Positions 10,311 through 18,987 of a DNA stretch of 64,000 nucleotides are shown in pieces; the stretch's first letter is position 1; each line of letters opens with the position of its first letter. The notes beneath the pieces were generated by a model. It was not told the origin of the DNA, made no database searches, and worked only from the letters and a program-made list of their open reading frames with translations. The position numbers and the translations under genes are program-made. Source of the stretch: Candidatus Poriferihabitaceae bacterium (GTDB lineage Bacteria; Pseudomonadota; Gammaproteobacteria; Arenicellales; Poriferihabitantaceae). Where the stretch lies: positions 1,052,692 through 1,116,691 of the forward strand of contig OZ243919.1 in NCBI GenBank assembly GCA_965213885.1, read 5' to 3'.

Positions 10311-10607
10311 CGAGTACACCTCGATCCGCGGGCTGAACTGCTGCAGTGTCATCATCACCCGGTTGGAGATGTCGCCGTAGAGCGGATAGTTGGAGGAAAA
10401 GATCGCCACGCCATGCCGGCGCAACCGGTGCTCGATCTTGAAAAAAGGCTCCAGGTCCCGGAAACCGAGCGCCTTGGCTTCCCCGGAGCGCGCCACGACG
10501 AACCCGTCGTTGTTGGACAGGACCACCACGGGCTTCCCCCGCAGGTCGGGGCGGAAGATCTGCTCGCAGCTCGCGTAGAAGCTGTTGCAGTCAACGAGGG
10601 CGAACAT
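10311..10607 (-). pseudogene. umuC: Truncated umuC (Y-family DNA polymerase V catalytic subunit), first ~99 codons only
   Basis: [35 protein letters not shown]...[15 protein letters not shown]...PRIEVYS aligns to the UmuC N-terminus. Similarity stops at about 10311, where IDEAF should follow. A full-length UmuC would be about 420 aa. Confidence 0.8.
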
Positions 10608-10959
10608 GGCGGTGTGAGCGGATCGAGTGGATCACGACGCCTTCGATGAGCAGGTCCGCATCCTCGCCGACCGGGATCGGCGGATAGGCGTTGTTTGCGG
10701 ACAGCAGGCGGCATCGTTTCCGGTCGAGTATCTTGCAGGTCATCTCCCCGTCGATGACCGCCACGACGACGCTCCCGTGTTCCGGTTCCACGGCCCGGTC
10801 CACGATCAGGAGGTCGCCGTCGAAGATGCCCGCATCCTGCATGGACGCGCCCGAGACCCTGCAGTAGAAGGTCGCGGCGGGATGACTGATGAGGTGCTCG
10901 TTCAGGTCGAGCTTCCCGTCCATGTAGTCGTCCGCGGGGCTGGGAAACCCCGCCGGCAC
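10591..10959 (-). CDS. umuD: UmuD-like S24 peptidase (LexA family), possibly N-terminally shortened
   Basis: It shows AG|FPSPADDY, the catalytic Ser in SGASM and the Lys in TCKIL. It overlaps the umuC start by 17 nt. The only in-frame canonical start is the GTG at 10959, just 3 codons before the predicted cleavage site. Confidence 0.7.
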   Translation of the reverse strand: MPAGFPSPADDYMDGKLDLNEHLISHPAATFYCRVSGASMQDAGIFDGDLLIVDRAVEPEHGSVVVAVIDGEMTCKILDRKRCRLLSANNAYPPIPVGEDADLLIEGVVIHSIRSHRHVRPR

Positions 10960-11476
10960 GGCGCCGGGGAAATGGGGAATCCGGTAGGATGTCCCGGAGA
11001 AATGCTCTCCCAGATATTTCAGTGCATCACTTCGACCCGTTCAGAACAAACAAACACCACAATCCCAAGCCAACTTGGCGTTGTACGAAGAGGCGACGAC
11101 CCGGCAACCCCAGGTACCCGGGCAAGTCGAACGCTCATGAAAATCGGTTGAAACCGGTGTCAGGTATTGGATACAGTTGGCATGAGGGTTGGATGTTTCC
11201 CCACAATGCAATTTATTCACCAGATGATACCAGCGCCTCCGGATGACTCCGGCCCCTTCTCCAGTGATGCTGCCGGCCCTGCGAAAGGCGAATCCTCCTT
11301 GCAGTGATTGCAAAGTATTCGATCAACGTGATTCGAACAAGACAGTTTGCTATGAATGACATCCAGTGGATCAGGAATAACGGTTCCGGTCCCGGAAACC
11401 AGCCACCGGGACTGCCTCCGGTTCCCGTTGCAGGCAGCTCATCCGCCCTTCGTCGGTTGCAAACAGGGGGCAGGGC

Positions 11477-13231
11477 ATGACCGCGGGCGACACCGACCTG
11501 CGGCAGGGAATCCGGTACGAGGCGGACGAGAAACCGCCGCCGATGCTTTCGTTCGGTCTCGGTCTCCAACTCGCAATCCTTATCCTGGGCGGCATCGTGC
11601 TCACGCCGGCAATCGTCGTGCGGGCCGCGGGCGGTACCGAGGACTTCCTGAGTTGGGCCGTCTTTGCGGCGGTCATGATCAGCGGCGCGACAACGGTCCT
11701 GCAGGCTGTCCGTCTCGGCCGGTTGGGGGCGGGCTATGTCCTCGCCATGGGTACGTCAGGGGCCTTCATCGCGATCTGCGTGTCGGCGATCGCCAAGGGC
11801 GGTCCTGCGATGCTCGCGACCCTCGTCTTCGTCTCCGCGCTGTTCCAGTTCGCGCTCGCCGCCCGCCTGTCGCTGTTTCGCCGGATCCTGACACCAACCG
11901 TTGCGGGAACGGTCATCATGCTGATCCCCGTCACCGTCATGCCGATCATCTTCGGGTTGCTGAAGGATGTGCCCGAGGGAAGTGCCGCATCGGCTGCTCC
12001 GGTGAGTGCGTTGCTGACATTGCTTGTCATCTCCGGCATCGCGCTTCGGGCAACGGGCGCGCTGCGCCTGTGGGCGCCCGTCATCGGTGTCGTTGCAGGC
12101 GCCGTCACAGCCGGGTATTACGGCATCTATGATACGGGCCTGGTGGCGGAGGCTTCCTGGATCGGCCTGCCGCAAGGCTCGTGGCCCGGCCTCGACCTCG
12201 ATTTCGGCCCGGTCTTCTGGGCGTTGCTTCCGGGGTTCGTTTTCGTGACGCTGGTCGGTGCCATCGAAACCATCGGCGATTCGGTTGCCATTCAGCGGGT
12301 TTCGTGGCGCCAGCCCCGGGCGGTGGATTTCCGGGCCGTACAGGGCGCGGTGGCAGCGGACGGGATGGGTAACCTGCTGTCCGGTCTTGCCGCCACAGTG
12401 CCGAACACGACCTACTCGACGGCCGTGTCGGTGACTGAACTCACCGGGGTGGCTGCCCGCCGTGTCGGGATCGCGCTTGGAGCAGTGGTCGTTGTCGTCG
12501 CGTTCAATCCAAAGGCGCTTGCGATGGTGCTCGCAATTCCGGGACCGGTGGTGGCGGCGTACATCACGGTGCTGCTGGCCATGCTTTTCGTGCTCGGGAT
12601 GAAGATCGTGGTCCAGGACGGAATCGACTACCGCAAGGGGCTGATTGCCGGCATTTCCTTCTGGGCCGGCGTGGGATTCCAGAATGGACAGATTTTCCCC
12701 GAGTATTTTTCCGGTTTCGCCGGCGGGCTGCTCGAGAACGGAATGACGGCGGGCGGCCTCGTGGCGATCGTCATGACCCTGTTTCTGGAATTGACCGCAC
12801 CCCGTCGCCGCCGGCTCCAGGTTCCGTTCGACATATCCGAACTGCCCAGGATCAGGGAGTTTCTCGCGGCGTTCTCATCCCGCAGCGGCTGGGGTGACGA
12901 GATGACCCAGCGTCTTGAAGCCACCGCCGAGGAGACGCTGCTGACGTTGCTGCGGCATGGAGAAGAAGAAGAGGCGGGGGATATGCAGCGGCGCCTGTTG
13001 CTCACCGCTCACAAGGAGACCAGCAGCGCGATTCTGGAGTTCATCGCCGCTCCCGGTGAGGAAAACCTCCAGGACCGGATCGCGCTGCTCGGCGAAAGGG
13101 CGGAGGAAACCCATGCCGAACGCGAGATATCGCTTCGGCTGCTGCGGCACCTTGCTTCCTCCGTCCATCATCAGCAGTACCATGACACGGACATCGTGAC
13201 CATTCATGTGGAATCCCAGGCGATACGCTGA
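11477..13231 (+). CDS. NCS2 (nucleobase:cation symporter-2 / SLC23-like) family permease with ~140-aa soluble C-terminal extension
   Basis: 584-aa ORF. The first ~440 aa are polytopic and carry an NCS2-signature-like stretch (PNTTYSTAVSVTELTGVAARRVG). The tail from about RRRRLQVPFD onward is hydrophilic. Confidence 0.7.
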   Translation: MTAGDTDLRQGIRYEADEKPPPMLSFGLGLQLAILILGGIVLTPAIVVRAAGGTEDFLSWAVFAAVMISGATTVLQAVRLGRLGAGYVLAMGTSGAFIAICVSAIAKGGPAMLATLVFVSALFQFALAARLSLFRRILTPTVAGTVIMLIPVTVMPIIFGLLKDVPEGSAASAAPVSALLTLLVISGIALRATGALRLWAPVIGVVAGAVTAGYYGIYDTGLVAEASWIGLPQGSWPGLDLDFGPVFWALLPGFVFVTLVGAIETIGDSVAIQRVSWRQPRAVDFRAVQGAVAADGMGNLLSGLAATVPNTTYSTAVSVTELTGVAARRVGIALGAVVVVVAFNPKALAMVLAIPGPVVAAYITVLLAMLFVLGMKIVVQDGIDYRKGLIAGISFWAGVGFQNGQIFPEYFSGFAGGLLENGMTAGGLVAIVMTLFLELTAPRRRRLQVPFDISELPRIREFLAAFSSRSGWGDEMTQRLEATAEETLLTLLRHGEEEEAGDMQRRLLLTAHKETSSAILEFIAAPGEENLQDRIALLGERAEETHAEREISLRLLRHLASSVHHQQYHDTDIVTIHVESQAIR

Positions 13232-13438
13232 GCTCTCGCCGGTTTTGTGTATGCAGGACCGGCAGGTAAACGGCGGAATCCGGCAAGTAGGGCAGGCCAC
13301 GGCGGCATGGACTGTCAGTCCAGATCTCGGCAGGTTCCGGTAACCGGAACGGGTCCATTGTCCGGTGGACGGATTCAGTGAACGAGGTAGTCCGGCCATT
13401 TTGAAATCCCGCCGGGCCTTTTCGTCAACGGCAATCCA

Positions 13439-14322
13439 TTACTTCACCTGGCGCCTCTCGCGCCAGAAGATCAGCAACCCACCGCCGACGATCAGGAAGA
13501 CCCCGGGGATCAGTCGTTCAAACGGGGCTTCGCCGAAGACCACCCAGCCGATCACGAAGGAGAACGGGATTCCGAAATATTCAAACGGGGAAAGATTGCT
13601 CGGCAGGGTCAACCGGTATGCGGCGATCAGCGAGAAGACCGCCATTCCCCGACAAGTCCCATGAGCACCATCCACATCCAGTCCTCTGCGCTGGCTACCG
13701 TGACGTAGGAGTCGGTGGCAAGCATCAGCAGGAAAGTGAACACCAGGGCGCTGAGCGTGGTGTGGAAATTGATGACTGCCGTGGTGCTTGCGTCGTCGAA
13801 CAGCCGGACAAGCACACTCGCCAAGCCGTAGCAGAAGGCGGCACAGATCGGCAGGAGGGAGACCCACTGGAAAATGTCCCCCCGGGGGTGCATGACCAGG
13901 ATGATACCCGCGAAACCGATGATGACCGCAACCCAGCGGACGGTGCCAACATGGTGATGCAGGATGGGTACGGACAGCGCCGTGATGAACAGGGGGCCGG
14001 CAAAGGCGAGCGTGGATGCAGTGGCAAACTCCATCAGGGTCAGGGACAGGTAGAGACAATACTGCGCGCAGGCGATGGAAGCGCCCCGCAGCACGGCGAG
14101 CGGCCACTGGCGCAAACGGAAGCGCGCCGAGCCCCGGAGCCCGGTTCTGGCAAGGTAGATCAGCAACACGCCGGGAATGAGTCCGAAAATGTTGCGGTAC
14201 ATGGCAATCTGGGGAATCCCGTAGCGGTCGCCGAGAAACTTGATGATGGCGCCCTGGATGTCGAACAGCAGGATGGCGACCAGGATGATCAGCACGGCCC
14301 GGGGGAAGCCGGCATCACGCAT
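13439..14322 (-). pseudogene. EamA/DMT-family transporter interrupted by a 1-nt frameshift
   Basis: ORF 14322-13627 covers EamA repeat 1 and most of repeat 2. It continues in another frame (...GMAVFSLIAAYRLTLPSNLSPFEYFGIPFSFVIGWVVFGE...) to the stop at 13439. The break is at a C4 run (+ strand 13647-13650), and one extra base restores ...MGLVGGMAVFSLI... Confidence 0.7.
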
Positions 14323-14324
14323 GT

Positions 14325-15164
14325 TCAGGCGAAGCGGTCAAGGATTGCACGGACCCTGGGCAGCCACCCGTCACCGAAGAGATTGAGATGATTGAGCAGG
14401 TGATAGAGATTGTACAGTGGCACCCGTTCATCAAATCCCGGCGCAAGAGGGCGGACTTCGTTGTAGGCGGCATAGAGGGGTGGAGCCATGGTACCAAACA
14501 GGCGGGTCATCGCCAGGTCCGCTTCTCCCCAGCCGTGATGGGCTGCGGGGTCGATCAGGGCGGGACCGTGCGCGCTGAAATGGATGTTCCCGCTCCAGAG
14601 GTCGCCGTGCACCAGCGATGGCTGCTGGGCAGGAATCCACCGCTGCAGGTTGTCCGCCAGCCACTCGAGACGCCGGTGGTCACGGGAAGGCAGCAGGTCG
14701 GCATCGTGGGCCCGGCGCCCCTGGGCTTCGAGCCTGCTGTGCGCGAAAAAGACATGGCCGTCCGTGTGCCGGGTATTGTCCTGGGGGGTCAGCCCGCAGT
14801 AATTGTCCCGCTGAAATCCGAATTCCGCCGCGGTTCGCGAATGCAAGCCGGCCAACTGCCTGCCAAGCTGCTCGGCATCGTCCGGTCCATGCTCCGAAGG
14901 GGGCAGCCATTCCATCAGGATGAAGGAAGATCCGCAACCGACCACCTCGGGCACACGCACCTCGCCGCTGGCGTCGAGGGCGTCGATTCCATCCCGCTCT
15001 GCAAAGAAGAAGTCAGCCGGTGCGCCGTTGCGGGTCTTCAGGCACCAGCTATGGCCGCCGCGTTCCACCTGGTAAACACGGCATGTGCTGCCGCCGGGTA
15101 TCGGTGTCAGCCGGTCAGCAGGACCACCGAGGACGGTCTCGACGGCATCGGGGATTTCATGCAT
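14325..15164 (-). CDS. Fructosamine/ketosamine kinase family protein
   Basis: The likely start is MHEIPD at 15164, and the track start at 15263 is an over-extension. It has an APH-like kinase fold with LVHGDLWSGN and a C-terminal DPA.HHGWGEADLA motif. Its stop lies 2 nt before the EamA start. Confidence 0.8.
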   Translation of the reverse strand: MHEIPDAVETVLGGPADRLTPIPGGSTCRVYQVERGGHSWCLKTRNGAPADFFFAERDGIDALDASGEVRVPEVVGCGSSFILMEWLPPSEHGPDDAEQLGRQLAGLHSRTAAEFGFQRDNYCGLTPQDNTRHTDGHVFFAHSRLEAQGRRAHDADLLPSRDHRRLEWLADNLQRWIPAQQPSLVHGDLWSGNIHFSAHGPALIDPAAHHGWGEADLAMTRLFGTMAPPLYAAYNEVRPLAPGFDERVPLYNLYHLLNHLNLFGDGWLPRVRAILDRFA

Positions 15165-15312
15165 TTTTCTCCCCGGCAAGAATCTGGAGAATCCTGACCA
15201 CGACCACGGCCGACAGCACCAGCAGGCCGAACGGATACACGAACCAGCCTGCAGCCCAGGCACCGAGGGTGAGGGCGAGCAACGACAGAATCAACGCGAG
15301 GGGCCAGTCCAT
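15157..15312 (-). CDS. Small hydrophobic protein (51 aa, two predicted TM helices), hypothetical
   Basis: I translated this myself, because it is below the ORF-track size cutoff. The product is MDWPLALILSLLALTLGAWAAGWFVYPFGLLVLSAVVVVRILQILAGEKNA. Third codon positions are G/C-rich. Its stop overlaps the kinase start (ATGCATGA). Confidence 0.35.
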   Translation of the reverse strand: MDWPLALILSLLALTLGAWAAGWFVYPFGLLVLSAVVVVRILQILAGEKNA

Positions 15313-15550
15313 GGGCGGATTCTAGCGCCCATGGGCGGGAAGTGTGCGGCTTGCAGACAGCCCATTCGGGCGAAACTCCGGCCGACAGACTTAATTTTAA
15401 CCCGCCGAAATCCACCGACCTTGTGGATTTTCTGTGCCGTCGCCCCCATCACTTGGGGTGCGTTGTGGCATAATACCGCGCCTGTTATCGGAGTCCAACC
15501 GGTAAAGCACAAATTTTTCAATAATTAACCTGTATTTTCAGGGAAATATC

Positions 15551-15988
15551 ATGAACTTTTTCATCCAAGATGCATGGGCCCAGTCGGGCTCCGGTGGCAC
15601 TGGCGGACTGATTGGTATTTTGCCGCTCGTCCTCATGTTCGTTATCTTCTATTTCCTCCTCATCCGCCCGCAGCAGAAAAAGGCCAAGGAGCACCGCAAC
15701 ATGGTGGCGGACCTTTCCAAGGGCGACGAGGTGGTAACCAATGGCGGCGTGCTGGGCCGGATCACCGGTGTCGAGGAAAATTTTGTCACGGTGGATGTGG
15801 CGGACGGGTTGGAGTTGCGGGTGCAGCGCTTCGCCATCGCACAGATGATGCCCCAGGGTACTATCAAGTCGAAGCGGGCCGACAAGCCCAGGAAGTCCGG
15901 CAAGTCGGGAAAATCCGGCAAGTCCGACAGGCCTGAACAGGCGGAACAGTCCGACGGATCGGAGCAGCCGGTGCAGTCAGACCAGTAA
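15551..15988 (+). CDS. yajC: Preprotein translocase subunit YajC with extended low-complexity C-terminus
   Basis: It has the conserved YajC core (LPLVLMFVIFYFLLIRPQQKKAKEHRNM...KGDEVVTNGGVLGRI) and lies directly upstream of secD-secF. Its 145 aa compare with about 110 aa for a typical YajC. Confidence 0.85.
   Translation: MNFFIQDAWAQSGSGGTGGLIGILPLVLMFVIFYFLLIRPQQKKAKEHRNMVADLSKGDEVVTNGGVLGRITGVEENFVTVDVADGLELRVQRFAIAQMMPQGTIKSKRADKPRKSGKSGKSGKSDRPEQAEQSDGSEQPVQSDQ
15893..15928 (+). repeat. 9-nt coding tandem repeat (AAG TCC GGC)x4, degenerate, giving KSGKSGKSGKSD
   Basis: Read directly from the sequence, inside the yajC 3' region. Confidence 0.8.
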
Positions 15989-16050
15989 TCCCGTACCGTC
16001 CTGTACGGCCCGGTCAGCAACTAACAGGTAGATAGCGAATCAGAATACCC

Positions 16051-17934
16051 ATGCTGAATAAGACACCCTGGTGGAAGTATATTGTGGTTGCGCTGGTGAT
16101 GGTGTGCGGGATGTATTACGCCCTGCCGAACATCTTCGGCAACGATCCCGGTATGACCATCCGCGGATCGCGCGGTCTGTCGCTGAACCAGGGGGCCCTG
16201 GAACGGGTGCAGGGAATTCTCAATGCCGCCGAAATCAGGCCCCTGTCACTGATACAAGATGACCGCGGCATCCGGGTCCGTTTTGCCAGCAGTGAGGACC
16301 AGCTCATCGCCCGGGACGCCATGGCGCGGAATCTCGGAGACCAGTACAGCTCGGCGCTGACTCTGGTGTCCGGTGCGCCGGACTGGCTGCTGAATTCCGG
16401 AGCGCATCCGATGTACCTCGGCCTCGACCTGCGCGGCGGTGTGCATTTCCTTCTGGAGGTGGATATGGAAACCGCCATCGACAACGCCCGGGAGCGGTAC
16501 GAGGATGACATTCGCCTGGTTCTGCGGGAGGGCAAGCTGCGCTATCGCGGGTTGCGCATTACCGGAGGCGGCGCGGTGGAGGTCACCATGCGCAACGCCG
16601 ATCAGCGCGATGAGGCCGTCAGACTGGTGGAAAGGGAACTGGGGGAACTCGACCTGGAGACGGACGAGGTCCGGCCCGACGTGTTTCGCGCCGACCTCAG
16701 CCAGACCCAGATCGACGAGATCCGCAGGTTCTCGCTGGAACAGAACATGACCGCCCTGCGCAATCGCATTGACCAGCTTGGGGTCGCGGAACCGGTGGTG
16801 CAGCAGCAGGGCGACAACCGGATCGTGATTCAGTTGCCCGGCGTGCAGGACACCGAACGCGCCAAGCGGATCCTCGGCAGGGCCGCCACCCTGGAAATGC
16901 GGATGGTGGACGAAAAGAACACGGCGGAAGCCGAGCGGAGCGGACAGTCTCCGGCGGGCGCGCGACTGTACAGGTTCCGTGACGGCCGGCGTATCCTGCT
17001 CAAGCGGAGCATCATCTATTCCGGCGACAACATCGTCGATGCTGCGGCGAGCATCGAATCCCAGACCGGGTCGCCCATCGTCAGCATCACCCTGGACGCC
17101 GAGGGTGCGCGCAAGAACAGTCGCATCACCGCAGATAACATCGGCAACCGCATGGCGGTGGTATACGTGGAAAACACCTCGGAGACGGAGAAGGATGCCG
17201 AGGGCAACGTGGTGCTGGGCGACAACGGTGTGCCAAGGCGGGTGAGCCGCAAACTCGAGGAGGTGATCACCGCGCCGGTGATCCGTGACCAGCTCGGCAA
17301 GCGTTTCCAGATTGAGGGCATCGACAGTGTGGATGAGGCGCGGGACCTGGCGTTGATGCTGCGTTCCGGTTCCCTCGCGGCGCCGGTTGAGATTATCGAG
17401 GAGCGAACCGTGGGCCCGAGCCTGGGCAAGGCGAATATCGACCAGGGGTTCCTGTCCGTGGTGGTGGGATTCGTCGTGGTGCTGATTTTCATGCTGGTCT
17501 ACTACCGCCTGTTCGGCCTGGCGGCGAACATCGCGCTGACCACAAACCTTGTACTCATGGTTGCAGTGCTGTCCTTTTTCCAGGCAACGCTGACGTTACC
17601 GGGGGTCGCCGGCATCGTGCTGACGGTGGGCATGGCGGTGGACGCCAACGTCCTGATATTCGAGCGAATCCGGGAGGAGTTGCGGAACGGCAATTCCCCC
17701 CAGGCCAGTATCCACCTTGGCTATGACAAGGCCCTGTCCACCATCGTGGACGCCAATGTGACCACGCTCATCGCCGCCGTGGTGCTGTTCAATTTCGGCA
17801 CCGGGCCCATCAAGGGCTTTGCGGTGACGCTGAGTATCGGCATCCTGACCTCCATGTTCACTGCCATCCTGCTGACGCGGGTGCTGGTGAACTGGTATTA
17901 CGGGGGCAAGAATGTCAGGCAGTTGCTGATATAG
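16051..17934 (+). CDS. secD: Protein translocase subunit SecD
   Basis: 627-aa ORF with an N-terminal TM helix, a large periplasmic domain and a C-terminal 5-TM SecD/SecF domain. It sits in yajC-secD-secF synteny. Confidence 0.95.
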   Translation: MLNKTPWWKYIVVALVMVCGMYYALPNIFGNDPGMTIRGSRGLSLNQGALERVQGILNAAEIRPLSLIQDDRGIRVRFASSEDQLIARDAMARNLGDQYSSALTLVSGAPDWLLNSGAHPMYLGLDLRGGVHFLLEVDMETAIDNARERYEDDIRLVLREGKLRYRGLRITGGGAVEVTMRNADQRDEAVRLVERELGELDLETDEVRPDVFRADLSQTQIDEIRRFSLEQNMTALRNRIDQLGVAEPVVQQQGDNRIVIQLPGVQDTERAKRILGRAATLEMRMVDEKNTAEAERSGQSPAGARLYRFRDGRRILLKRSIIYSGDNIVDAAASIESQTGSPIVSITLDAEGARKNSRITADNIGNRMAVVYVENTSETEKDAEGNVVLGDNGVPRRVSRKLEEVITAPVIRDQLGKRFQIEGIDSVDEARDLALMLRSGSLAAPVEIIEERTVGPSLGKANIDQGFLSVVVGFVVVLIFMLVYYRLFGLAANIALTTNLVLMVAVLSFFQATLTLPGVAGIVLTVGMAVDANVLIFERIREELRNGNSPQASIHLGYDKALSTIVDANVTTLIAAVVLFNFGTGPIKGFAVTLSIGILTSMFTAILLTRVLVNWYYGGKNVRQLLI

Positions 17935-17955
17935 CGGTCCGACAGGAGACGTATC

Positions 17956-18972
17956 ATGAAATTCCAGCTCGTCAGAAATACCAATATCGATTTTCTCGGC
18001 AGGCGCCGGCTGGCGATGGTCGTGTCCGTGGTTGTCCTGGTGGTGAGCATCGGCGCCATTGCGATCCGCGGCCTGAACTTCGGCATCGATTTCACCGGCG
18101 GCACCCTGGTGGAGGTGGGCTACAGCGATACGGTGGAAATCCAGGGCGTACGTTCGGCGCTGGCCGAAGGAGGATTCGAGGATGCCGTCGTCCAGCACTT
18201 CGGCACCTCCCGGGATGTGCTGATCCGACTCCCGGTAACCGTGGAGCGGGAGGAGGTCAAGGCGGCGGAGCTCAGTTCCGCGGTGATGCAGTCGCTCAGA
18301 AGGCCCACCGGCGAGGTCCTGGCCGAGCAGGCCGGAACCGGAAACCAGCTCTGCAACCACAGTGGCGTAGTGCAGGACTGTGCCGTGCAGATGCGCAGGG
18401 TGGAATTCGTCGGCCCCCAGGTTGGGGATGAACTGAAGGAAAAGGGCGGTCTTGCCATGCTGTATGCCCTGATTGGAATCCTGATCTATGTCACCTTGCG
18501 GTTCGAATGGCGTTTTGCCGTGGGCTCGGTGGTGGCCCTGGTGCATGATGTCCTGATCACGGTCGGGGTGTTTGCGCTGTTCCAGTTGGATTTTTCCCTG
18601 GCGGTACTGGCGGCCGTGCTGGCGGTCATCGGCTACTCCCTCAACGATACCATCGTCGTGTTCGACCGGGTGCGGGAGAACTTCCGCAAGCTGCGCAAGT
18701 CCCAGCCAATAGCGGTGATGAACCAGTCCGTCAACGAAACCCTTCCGCGCACGCTGCTGACCTCTCTGACCACGCTGTTCGTAGTGTTGTCCCTGTTGGT
18801 TCTCGGCGGGGAGGTGATTCATGGATTCGCCCTGGCGCTGCTGGTAGGCGTCCTGGTGGGCACCTATTCATCCATCTTCGTTGCAAGCCCCACGGTGCTG
18901 TCGCTTGGTATCAGCCGGGAAGACCTCATGCCGGTGGTCAAGGAAGGTGCAGAGGCAGATACCAGCCCTTGA
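17956..18972 (+). CDS. secF: Protein translocase subunit SecF
   Basis: 338-aa ORF with the SecF layout (NIDFLGRRR..., C-terminal 5 TM helices, LNDTIVVFDRVREN). Confidence 0.95.
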   Translation: MKFQLVRNTNIDFLGRRRLAMVVSVVVLVVSIGAIAIRGLNFGIDFTGGTLVEVGYSDTVEIQGVRSALAEGGFEDAVVQHFGTSRDVLIRLPVTVEREEVKAAELSSAVMQSLRRPTGEVLAEQAGTGNQLCNHSGVVQDCAVQMRRVEFVGPQVGDELKEKGGLAMLYALIGILIYVTLRFEWRFAVGSVVALVHDVLITVGVFALFQLDFSLAVLAAVLAVIGYSLNDTIVVFDRVRENFRKLRKSQPIAVMNQSVNETLPRTLLTSLTTLFVVLSLLVLGGEVIHGFALALLVGVLVGTYSSIFVASPTVLSLGISREDLMPVVKEGAEADTSP

Positions 18973-18987
18973 CACCCCCCGGCCCGG

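Noticed and set aside
11150-11180. Possible LexA/SOS box near umuD (gTGTcaggtattggatACAg)
   Set aside because: It is TGT-N12-ACA rather than the gammaproteobacterial CTGT-N8-ACAG, and it lies about 200 nt upstream. I found no convincing box of other known LexA types either.
13330-13352. Palindrome GTTCCGGTAACCGGAAC and other short hairpins between convergent genes, considered as terminators. Similar hairpins lie at 29075-29092 and 37740-37756.
   Set aside because: None is followed by a U-tract in the appropriate orientation, so I could not support calling any rho-independent terminator.
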